64,000 nucleotides of DNA. Origin: Callorhinchus milii. Its lineage: Eukaryota. A program made the position numbers and the translations under genes. The notes beneath the pieces are model-generated. The model was not told the DNA's origin, made no database searches, and saw only the letters and a program-made list of their open reading frames with translations. How positions within the stretch are numbered: the first letter of the stretch is position 1; every line of letters begins with the position of its first letter. The DNA lies in the NCBI RefSeq assembly GCF_018977255.1, contig NW_024704743.1, forward strand, positions 115,012,001 to 115,076,000, given 5' to 3'. Shown here one piece after another: positions 28,420-39,924 of this stretch.

Positions 28420-28850
28420 ATATTCAGAACTCTGCAGCTCGTATCCTTGCCCGCATGAAGTTCCGTGAGTCGATCACCCCGTTCTCGCCCGGTTTCACTG
28501 GTTCCCCACCCCCCAGAGGATCGAGTTCAAGATCTTGTCCTCATCTTTAAAGTTTTCCTCGGTCTTGCTTCTCCCTACCTCTAAAATTTCACCAACCTGT
28601 CTCTTCTCTGGTTGACGGACATTGGCCGTCAACCGCCCTGCCTGCACCACCATCGGAGGTCAGTCCTTCAGCCTTTCTACCCCCACTTTCTGGAACGCCA
28701 TCCCAGAGCTCCTTTGCCCCTTTGCCTCTCCATGCCACCACCACCCCCCCGCCCCCCCCCACCACCCCACCAACACCACCTCTAAGGCCAACACAAGACC
28801 TTCCTCTTAGAATGTGCCTTCAGTCATCTTCCTGCCTCCACCCTCCTTGC
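28420..28850 (+). mobile_element. L2 LINE 3' fragment
   Basis: IQNSAARIL...ITP...HWFP.PQRIEFKIL-type sequence. Confidence 0.75.
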
Positions 28851-31800
28851 CCTCTAACACTCCACTCAGCGGCAATATAGTGGAGTCCTGTAGCATATTG
28901 GTTAGAGCACTTGTATCACAAGTGAGAGGATCCTGATTCGATTCCCAGGCAGGGCAAAACCTTAGAGAAGTTTCCTCACATCATACACCTCTGTTTACCT
29001 AGCAGTATGTAGGAACCAGTTGTTAGTCAATGGCAGATTATTATTACCACTTATTACCACTTTCTAGTGGTAATAATCCCGTCAAAAATTAATAATAATA
29101 ATAATTTGGTCAAACAATCCATGATTGCTTGTGGGACACTGCTGTGCACAATTGGTTGCTGTGTTTCACCCGTAGTCTTACAGTATATTCTGGGAAGCGC
29201 TTCAAGATATCTCAATGACGTGATAAGGAGCTATATCATATGCAAGAATAATTATTATTATATAAATACAATTTGTTGTTTTGTGGGCGAATGCCACAGC
29301 GAAATTTAGGCAAGGCAATGTCCCAGGACTGGCCTCCTCCTTGTCCCCAGAGTCGTCCGCTCCACCATCGACAGCCGTGCCTTCAGCCACTACGCCCCGA
29401 GGCTTTGGAACTCCCTTCCTCACTCCCTCGTCCCCTCTCTTCCCACTTTCAGGTCTTGGCTGAAGACCTTTCTTTTCGACTGCGACTTTGGTCACCTTCC
29501 TCCCCCTCCCTCTGGCTCTGAGACGCCGTCCGCCATGGAGGGCGCTATATAAATCCAAGTTGTTCTTATTGTTGTTGTTCCACAAACAGCCACCAAGTGA
29601 GTGATTAATTTTATTTGTTATAAGTCTTGAAAAGAGATGTTTCAGAAGGGACCTTAAGGAAGTAGGTAAGATACTTAACAAGATAGAGAGAAAAAACAGG
29701 ACAGTATTTGAGATGTTTCAATCCTGGAGTACAAGAGGCTAGAGGTTCAAGCTTGTGAAGTGCACTTTCAGGACAGACACCAAGAAGTACACATAGGGTA
29801 ATAAATGGCTGAAAAGTGATATAATTACAAGGAAACCGGCCAATTTAAAGAAGTTGATACTGTTAAGGAAAGGTAGTATGGTGGGCATTCTGGAAAAATA
29901 AGATCAAATGGTCGGCATGGCTTTCTTCATCCAAAACTCAGCTGTGATCACGTTTGAACTAATTAATAAAGGTTTTGCCTGGAAAAAAATCGTAGCTGAT
30001 GATTTCCCAGAATTTGGGGCAATTATCAGCAATGTGAGGAATCCACTTAAAAACATGTTGTAACATGTATGCATTATTCATTTAAAACATTAAAAGTTAC
30101 GATAGATTGATAGTGAAAGACTACTAAACTTGAGTTCAATATTTGCACCGATTGACCAGCAGTCAGAATGGTTTAATATGACCTTTATAGTACATTTAAC
30201 AAAGCATTAACATTAGTTGGAGAGAATGGGGATTTGGAATATTTTAAAAATATGATGTAAATGAATGGGAGCGAATTAGTTTATATAAATAGCCAGAGCT
30301 ACCAGGTGGAATATAGATTATAACGACGTTATTCTCTCCTTATATGAGTGCAGTAGAGGGGGGGAGATGTGGTGAAAATAAAAGCTCTGCCTGGGATAAC
30401 AAACTGAACAGATGGGTTTGGGAATTGAGTACCAAGTGAAAATATGAAAGAATAATAATGGGAGCAGTGCAACTTTCCCAATCGGAAACTAATGTCCTTG
30501 GGATACCTCAGTTCCTTCCTTCGTAAACATTGTTTGGGAGACCCACCACCAGTTCTACTCATACAACAATTCCAGAGTAAACGAATTATGCATTTTATGT
30601 TTATAGAATCGCAAGAGACAGATTGGGTTTATACGATCCACTCAAAACAGCATCGTTGTTCCTTTTTTTTCCCCCCCAGTGGCTGAAATCAGTGAAGTTT
30701 CAGTAGGACATTATTGAAGTGCTGCACCAAATGGAAAAAAATATATTTTTTTTACACACACGAGCGTTGGATGGAAAGAAAGCAAAAGGAAACCCGATTT
30801 TTTTTTTCAGATTAAATATACGAACGTATGTTTCTTCTTGACGTGCTGGAGTTTACATGAGAACATTTACACATGGGTTGCTCTATGTTGCATGTAATAT
30901 TGAAATCTGACCACATCTGGGAACTGGGTGCTCCTGCAAAGCAACACTCTTCGGGTAAATAAGTACCAAGTGCGAGGATTATTATTAAGTATTGCACTTA
31001 AATCGTGCATTTAGTCCAAACGACTGGGAGTCGCTGAGCACAGTGTGGTTTCTACGAAGGAAAGCTGTGGGGGAGAAACAGAGGCCACAGGAGTGCAACG
31101 ATTTGCTGTAATTTTAGGTAATTCAGTTATTCTGCAACCGTTAAATTGTATTTGGGTCCTCTACAATACACTTTCAGATAACAACAGTAGATTTACGCAG
31201 AGTTTAGAGAAATGAACATTCAATGTTCTACCCTGTAAACGTCTACTGCATTATATTTATTGTTTATAATGACCCACTTTAATTTTGCTGTCACAATTCC
31301 TCTGTGTTTAATCAAACCCTGTGGTACGCGGTCGGGTTTAGCGTCTGTGGGAGTATTTGTTTGTATCTTTGCAGTCAGTCCCAATAATAACTTTGATCTT
31401 CATTGTTGCAACGACTAAAACGTTATTCGGTGCTCTGTTTTTTTCAATCTGCTGAAAGTACTGTACTTTAGATATTTAAGTGGATTAGAATCACATTACT
31501 TTTATTTACTGGCGCGGTATATATAATAGGCGTCTACTAATGCCCCGATTCATGATTTAGTAAGTCATTCAATGTGCCATGGAGTGCAACCTGGTTCAAA
31601 GGTGCTTTTGGACACTGTTTGCAGAAATAAGGGTTTTATTTGGATGAACTTTAATAATAATAATCCTCGCATTTGATATAGCGCTTTTCACGTCGGGAGG
31701 ACGTCCCAAAGCGCTTCACAGAACACACTGTAAAGTGAATAAAGTAAAATATGTAACACAAGTCACACACACACCCACACACACCCACACACACCCCCAC

Positions 31801-34655
31801 ACACACACACTCACCTGCGAACTATATGCATCACCTTTAAAAATCCAAATCAAAGATTATGCAATCATTTTGCTGCGGCTTTAAACAAAAGAAGACGAAG
31901 AAAAAAAAGTGCACAAAAGCAAAACGCGATTGACCAAAGCATCTCCACTCCTGCACTGAAAATGCTGACTGACAGAACCATGATCATCATCGTCAAAATA
32001 ATAATCCTCGCATTTGACACAGCGCCTTATCGCGTCTTCGAGACGTCTCAAAGCGCTTCACAAATTATACTGTAAAGTGAATTGACTAACTTTTGTGGGC
32101 GAAACGTGGCAGTCAATTGGGCACAGCGGTGTCACACAAACAGTCGTGGATTGAGTGACCCGAATTAGTTTTTTTTAAAATATAATTGTTTTTGGAAGGG
32201 ATTTATTTGTTTTGGAAGTCGCGACTCTGGGTGTGTGTGTGTGTCTGTGTGTGTGTGTGTGTGGAGTAAGGCAACTTAAAAGGAAATTCATCCAAATCTC
32301 CCTGATGATCTTTTATAAGCTTTATAGACATTTATTATAATAATAATAATAAATAATAAATAATAAATAATCCTTGCATTTGATATAGCGCTTTTCACGT
32401 CTTCTAGACTTCTCAAAGCGCTTGACAGACTGCACCGGAAAAGTGTAGTGACTGTATATTGCGTGGTGTATCAGGGAATTGTGCGGGGAACTATCTTAAA
32501 TGAATGTAAAATGTAAATGATCGGGAATCTTGTGCCTGCAGTCATATGCCGGTCTGCAAACAGTTTATTCGTGTTGAAATGCCAGACTTTGTCATTCCAC
32601 CTATTTGTCTTGTAATCACTGTAGAAGTGCTCCACAGTGATCACTTTTCTGACTTATTGGAATACTCTTGAATTTCGGGAGCAGTCGATCCAGTTTTTTT
32701 TCATTGGAAGCCTTCAGCATAAATAGCGTCTCCACTCTCCTGCAACCATTCGCCCACAAATATACAGTCAATTCACTTTACACTCTATTCTGCGAAGCGC
32801 TTTGGGACGTCTGGAAGACGTGAAAAGCGCTATATCAAACGCAAGGATTATTATTATTATTAATCGGTGATCGCATTTTCACTGACAATTGATAAAAAGT
32901 CATCGAAGTTAAAACAGCAATTTAGCTGCCCATAAAATACATAGTCAATCCTCTTTGCAGTATATCACGGGAAGCGCTTTGAGACGTCTTAAGGGCACTA
33001 TATCAAATGCTATTATTATTATTATTATTATGTCGGGCTCGTACAGAAAAGTGGGCATAAAGGACACAATACCGGTAGCCCAAGACAAATGTGATGGAAT
33101 ATTTACACTAATAAACTGACTTGCCGATCGGGCAGGAAATAACTCCTTATAAAACTTCAGTGACACTTACAAAACAAAGCAGCAATTTAAATCAGGTTTG
33201 GTTTTGATTGACGAGTCGGTATTAGGACGTGAAGGACTTTGGTGTGGGGTGGAGCTCCCAGAAAACACAAAGGAGAATTCTTGTCTTGTGGCAATAATAT
33301 ATAAGTAGATATTAATTATCACAAAGAGTTACCCCCGCAGAAGAGTGATTACATCGTGCTTGTAAAAATAACCTTTTTTTTTTGGAACCAATGCTGTTGG
33401 TTATTAAATGAACGTACATCTGATGAATTATTATGCCTTTAGAAAAAAAAGGGGCATTAATTAACCTTCCAGAAGAGTCAGAATGATTAATTTACGGTTT
33501 TAAGAAGCGTTTCCTCTCCACTGCAATCAGAGAAATGCGAGAGATCCGCACAGGCAAAGATACAGTGCTTTTTGGCCATCCGTCCTGTGTGATGGGGAAT
33601 TGTCGACAACGTTGATGTTTTTTTTAAAAAGGACATGTGTTTGGTCTTTCTTTTCGAATATTTAAATTGTTTCCACGTATTCGGATAGCAGGGACTCAGC
33701 AGTTAACTTAGCCAATGACACACCATACAATAGCTTAGATATTTTTAATGCATTTGAATTTGACAGGGGGTGGGGGGTAGGTAGAAAAGTCTCATTTTAA
33801 AATATATATATATAATATACATACTGTTTATGTATTGCCTAACTTTTCTTCTTCTGCGTTGCTTAAATCTAGTCTGCCTGGTTCATGAAATAGGATAATC
33901 ATATTTTTTTTTGACACAATATATATGTTCTAACTTTTCTTCCGTGTTGTTTAGGTCTCGTTTGCGTTGGTGGTGAAATAGGATGCGATGTCTTTGAGGG
34001 GCAGTTTGGTGTGGGTATCCCATTACTTGTTAGTGAGTGCTCGGCTACACGATGATTAATTGGTCTTCAGTGAGGAGGCTGTCAGTGCTTTGTGTTGTCA
34101 GTGAGTGGCTCCAGAGGCTTAGGCACTCCTTTCAGGTGTGTGTGTGGGTGTGTGTGTGTGGGGGGGGTGGGGGGGGGGGGGGGTATGTTTTGTATGCAGC
34201 AGCTTTTGCAGCTGACCAGCACACACACACAGTCTTTGCTTCATAAAAGCTCCTGCTGAGAGGAGGGGGGCAGAGAGAGAGAGAAAAAGGTTCGTTCCTG
34301 AATTCTGAACAGCAAAATTCAGGAGAAACACGCTTATTCAGGAGAGAGAGAGAGAGAGAGAGAGACTGTAACAGCACCTGAACTAGCAGCCCTGTGCAAC
34401 CTTATAACCTTATGGTGCGTTTGGTTAGTGCAATAAGGTACAGTACTGTAAAACCTGACGCGTCTCCTGTGTGTGTGTGTGTGTGTGGTGTGTTTGTGCA
34501 TATAAGTTTATATGTATAAATCATACCTAATGAGAGATAGCAGTCGGTTACTATACTACTGTGTGATTCCGAAAGCAAGCAGCTCAAGCAATTGGAAATG
34601 TTATTGGTTAAGAGGCGTTTCCTCTTCAAATTCTTCACAGGTCGTTGAAAACACG

Positions 34656-34689
<34 letters not shown>

Positions 34690-34929
34690 CCATCTGTGTG
34701 TATTATATGTCCTGCAGAGCCAGGAGGGGGGTGTGGGTGTGTGTGTGTGTTGGGGGGTGGGGGGGTGGTGGGGGGGTTACATAGTGTTGCATTACTAACC
34801 AATCCATTCTACACGTTATTTGGAAAGTTTACCAACAGTGTACACGGTGCAACTTTCTCTGCTGAAGAAAAAAGGGGACGCGTTTGGCATTGGCATCTCG
34901 GCCCGGAATTTGGGGATGACAGCAGAGCG

Positions 34930-35666
34930 GCTTTAACGCAATAGCCCCGTTGGGGTGAACGAACGAATGCCTTCGCCCCCAGAGCCCTCCTCTCGTATTA
35001 TTTTTTTATATGACGATTTTATTAGAATTTTCGGATAATTTTTTTTGAAAAAAAAATAAAAATAAAAATAATAATCCGACTCGAACTCCCGGACCTGTGC
35101 TGGTGTTGTTTCCAGGCTGAACCCCCCCCCCCCCCCCCACCCACCACCCCACCCCCACCCCACCCCCACCCCACCCCATGCCTGTTGGCTCGGAGTAAGT
35201 CCGGCTCTCCTCCATGGATCCCGCTGTCGGTTCCGAAACCGTGGAGGTGGACAGCCCCGGTAGTCCCAGCCCCAACTCGGACCAGGACCAGGACCGGGAC
35301 CAGGACGGGGGGCTCTGCCCGGTCCGCCAGCGCTCGGAGCCGCCCGGTCGCCCCAAGTCGGTGCGCCCCAGAGGCAGACCCGCCGCGGCCAACGCCGCCC
35401 GGGAGAGGAGCAGAGTGCAGACGCTGCGCAACGCCTTCCTGGAGCTGCAAAGGACGCTGCCCTCCGTGCCGCCCGACACCAAACTCTCCAAACTGGACGT
35501 CCTGATCCTCGCCACCACCTACATCGCGCACCTGACCCGGACCCTGGAGGAGAGCCTGGAGGAGGGGGGAGAGGAGGGAAGGAGACCCCCGGGGCTGCTG
35601 CACTCGCTCAAAGTGGACGGATATCTGCACCCGGTCAAAGTGAGTCCGAGTGCTCCACCGCCGCTC

Positions 35667-35670
<4 letters not shown>
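34930..35670. promoter_or_regulatory. CpG island over TCF24 first coding exon
   Basis: High GC content and CpG density relative to the AT-rich flanks; CpG content is also elevated across about 30.7-36.2 kb. Confidence 0.75.
35214..35639 (+). CDS. TCF24: TCF24 bHLH transcription factor, coding exon 1
   Basis: b[60 protein letters not shown] followed by DGYLHPVK, typical of TCF23/TCF24. GTGAGT donor at 35640, phase 0. Position between PPP1R42 and the SNORD87 host/MCMDC2 identifies it as TCF24. Confidence 0.95.
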
Positions 35671-35736
<66 letters not shown>

Positions 35737-35845
35737 CCTTGCATTTGATATAGCGCTTTTCACGTCGGGAGGACGTCCCAAAGCGCTTCACAGAACACAC
35801 TGTAAAGTGAATTGACTGTATATTTGTGGGCGAACGCGGCAGCCA
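35669..35845 (-). mobile_element. 5'-truncated young SINE with long (AAT)n tail in TCF24 intron
   Basis: About 22 AAT units followed by the reverse-complement SINE 3' end, about 30 nt downstream of the donor. Confidence 0.9.
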
Positions 35846-35975
35846 CTGAGTCACTGAGGTACACCCACTAAATACTCTCTCTCTCTCTTTCTCTCTCTGT
35901 CTGTCTGTGTTTATCTCAGGTCAACCATTATTAATAGTCCCCGATAATTGCATGTTTTTATTTTTTTAATTTTCT

Positions 35976-36007
<32 letters not shown>

Positions 36008-38730
36008 TTTCCACTCTTACCGCTCGTTTAAGCGCTCCGAGGCGCTGCCCTCCCCGCGTGGAGGGCGCTCTGTGTCAGCGCAAGTTGTCGTCGTGGTCGT
36101 CGTCGTCGTCGTTGTTGTTGTCGTTGTTGTTGTTGTTGTCGTCGTCGAAGCGGCCCCACTTCGCGATTCTTAGACCTGTTACTTCTTTCTGGTGGTGATG
36201 ATTTTTTTTTCCCCCCCAAAAAAAACATATTTTTGGGGCTTCCAACAAAAAAGGCCAAAAAAAAATTTCGTAAATTCAAATCGCAGAGGTGTATCGATTT
36301 TTTGTTTCAAAAGAAAACTGCAGTGGATGAAGGCATTTTTTTGTTTGATCATCACTTAAATCCCCCCCCCCACCCAAAAAATAATAATAATAATAATAAT
36401 AATAATTTACATTTCCCAGACCTTTTCGACTAAGTGATTCACTTCACAGTCGATTAAGATTTAAGGAAACAAAAGTTGGAATCCACACTGACTGTTGTTG
36501 TTGATGTGAACACAGTCACTGATGTACTCAAAGACATCTCCACACGACATGGACTGGAACCAACTGCACTGAAATCTAACTCACTGTGTAGGAGAGAAGA
36601 GGGGACATTCACTGCCTCCATCGTTATTACCCTTTTGCTGTTGCTTTCCTGGATCCCACCAAATTGGGCTGTTAGTTCCCCCCCAAAAAAATAGCTTAAC
36701 TTTCCCAGATGTTTTTGATGGAGCGATTCACTTCACAATATCAAGTACCTGTTTTACTATTTTATTGTTATTATTAATATTATTGTTAATATTATTATTA
36801 ATATTATTATTAATTATTATTTTTGTTGCTGTTACACGTTGGGTTCTCCTTAGGGAAACCGAGAAACCTTTTCTAATTTGATTCTGTACAGCAGTCGCTG
36901 AATAACGTGGAAGTGATCCAAATACGAATGTATTTATGGTTCCAACGCGAATCCAGTTTCCTTTTGTTGGACAACTTTACACATTCATTGCGCGCATTAC
37001 TCGGGTTTTTTTTTTAATTGAAGCAGAAACGAACTCTGAAAATAGGTGCTCCGTTATTTTTACAGGGCAGTAAACATTTTCGGAGAACGGATTGAAATAA
37101 ATAACTTTCCTCTATGAAATGTTAGTAAGAGTGCCGACCATTTGTATCTAAAATGTCCATATATTTGGGGGAAAGCGGTATAAAAGGGAAAAAAAAGGGA
37201 AATTGAGATAGATTTCAGGATAGAATGCAAACCCACCCCTCCCCCAAAAAAAAGACTGATAAAACAGCTTTTGCCAAACTGCAAAACTGCAAAACAGGGA
37301 ACAAAAATATTGCATTTACACTGTATATGAAGTAAGAGAAGGAGCGATGTGCAAATCTTTAAAGCAATCTGGTTGTCGATCCTCGGTTCTTGATAATGGT
37401 GAAGTCAATCGCTCGACCAGAAACATCTGTGAAAGTTAAGCAATTGAGAATCGACAATTCTACATATTTAACACCATTATGTAAAAAAAAAACCAGAAAA
37501 CAGTTCATTTATAATCCATTTTTAAATTTAAATTATTGCTGAAAAATGAGCACAAGTTATACTAATGTTATAGGGAGTGCTTGACCTTTTTTTCAATTAA
37601 TTACACCAATTCTTTATGAATTGTGGGAAATAAGCTTTGTTTTATTACTTGCACCAATTCTTAATTAATTATGGGAAATAAGCGTTCAATACAGGTTTAA
37701 CAATTTATCCTCTTGACTCTTTTTAACCTGTCTTGAGCGACATACATCTTGTTAAGGTATCGGTGCCCTCTGTCTAGAGTTGAATGAGTTTACAATTGTT
37801 AGTTCCACTATAGAACTACAACATTCAATCATTTCATACGAAGGGAAATATTTTGCATGGTCAAGATACAACCTAAAATCATGGATTGAAAGACTGGTCA
37901 CTACAGTATAATGTTTTGCAGTAAACACGACGTTTGGACAGATCTTGAAGGCTCATTGCCAGCTCCCTGCAGTGTACTGCCAATGCTTTAGCTGTCAAGG
38001 GAAATGTAGACAATAAATTGTAAACATGACTCATAAGAACTACGCTGACTTAGTTTTTATATATATATATATATAAAAAAAACTCAACGGTGACCTGGTT
38101 ACTTGAAGTTGTCAAGTATAATAATGTTGGCATATTGGCAGCAACACACATAGCTTTGTGAATCCGCCGCATCCAAATCTGCAAATGTTTGCACAACAGT
38201 GAAAGGTGTGGGACACAGATCAGCAAACGCGTGTGGGAAGAGCATTGATTTGAACTGAATGATTCTTCTGAATAATTCTAATAACTGAGAGTGAATTAGG
38301 TTGGTTTCGGCTGTAGAACGGAGGGCAATTTTATGTTTTTAACTCGAGGTGGAGAGAGCTCTGGTGATAAAATAACATGTGAAACCTAATCTTGAGGAGC
38401 GTTTCAACAATTAATTGGAGAAATGCAATATCTCATACCCAGCCAAGGTCGATGTTAACAATTCATACAGCATATATGGGTCGAATTCCTTCATTTGCCA
38501 ACCTTTCATGGCCACACTGTGTTAACTCTGCTTTGCTGCAGAGCAAAAGGTAAATACAGGTACAACTCAAAACTCACCTCCATCGCAAAGTGAAACCCTA
38601 ATGTATCACTCGTTTTTAATATGATCTAAATGACGGGGCTTATAATGATAACCTGTCTCTTTCCTTTACGTCGGATCAAACCTAAAGCTCTAATGCCTTG
38701 TTGTTGTTGTTGTTGTTTTGTGACTTGTAG

Positions 38731-38841
38731 AAGTGGCCAATGCGATCTCGTCTGTATGTTGGTGCAAATGGACCGTTTCTGAATTCGGGGCCAACAGACA
38801 GTCAGAACCCAGGAGAGACCTCCAAAGCTAATGCTCCCTGA
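38731..38841 (+). CDS. TCF24: TCF24 coding exon 2
   Basis: gacttgtag acceptor; KWPMRSRLYVGANGPFLNSGPTDSQNPGETSKANAP*, containing the conserved KWPMRSRLY motif; total protein 178 aa. Confidence 0.95.
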   Translation, partial: KWPMRSRLYVGANGPFLNSGPTDSQNPGETSKANAP

Positions 38842-39918
38842 GCTGTCAGACACACACACACACACCACAGACACAGACACAGACACAGACAGACAAGACC
38901 TGCCAAAGCTCACCTCCTGATGCTTGAACCGTGACAACCAACGACGAGAACGTTTCCTCTTCTTTTCCTTCACACTTCCCATTAGTGTCGTTGGAACGAC
39001 AAGTTCTCAGACTCATTGGAGAGATCGGTCAAAGGACCAGGTGTCAGATTGCAATGCAGTCGCTTGAAAATGCACGCGAAATGAATCTAAAGCGATCGTT
39101 TAATATCAAAGTGTTATTCAAGCTATAACGTCGAAATACTCGTTGAGATAAAAGTCCAGGATTAAAGTGTGAACTGTGTTTGTAAATGCCAAACGATAGC
39201 TCTGTGGATCATTGCCATGTTCTCTCTCTCTCCCCTCTCTCTCTCTCTCTCTCTGCATGTATTTGTGAAGCAGACCTGAAATACCTGACCTGATGTACAG
39301 TCTTGGTCTTTGTAAATGTGTGAAGTGTTGAAGCTGACGTTTAGTACTCGGTCTGAGTGTCTGAAGGCTCTGAAAGGATTTCATGTGCCCCGGAGTAATG
39401 AAGTCTAGGCTTGGCTGATGGGCTATGCACTTTCGATTAGTCAAGTTTGCACTAAATGCACGAATGAACGGATCCGACAAGGAAACAGTTGGAGTTTCTC
39501 TGCATGGCCGGGTGATGTAGTGTCTACCTGATTTTTTTTTGTTTAAGAGCATTAAATCCCTTTTTTTTTATATGTATGTATATGTGGGGGCGAGGGGAAA
39601 GTGCTCTCGAAATTTGTTTATTTGAAGCCTTGGCACAAACGTTGCAGTACCAATACTATTTATTACCAGGCAAGAATTTCTTGCCTCTCTCCCTCCCCAC
39701 CCCCCACCCCCCCCCCCCCCCCCCCAAAAAAAAGGAATGAAATCGTTGTTGTCCAATATATTGACGTTTGTTAAAATTGTTAAAATTGTTGAAGTTTGGC
39801 CAATCTTACGACCTGGCGAAGAAGCATAGTGTCTGTTAGATAAAGATCTGTTTAAATTCATGTTGATTTTACCATATGCAAAGACTCTGATTTGTATTTG
39901 AATCCTCATATTTGCTTA

Positions 39919-39924
39919 AATAAA
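39919..39924 (+). terminator. Candidate TCF24 polyadenylation signal
   Basis: AATAAA about 1.1 kb after the stop codon, followed by GT-rich sequence (tgttgtgtgtgg). Confidence 0.5.

Noticed and set aside
35640..35672. ORF-track extension of TCF24 ([10 protein letters not shown])
   Set aside because: Read-through past the GTGAGT donor; the conserved KWPMRSRLY continuation is at 38731.
35006..35854. Antisense ORFs of 170, 240 and 111 aa over TCF24
   Set aside because: Shadow frames of a GC-rich exon plus (AAT)n microsatellite translations (poly-L, poly-Y).
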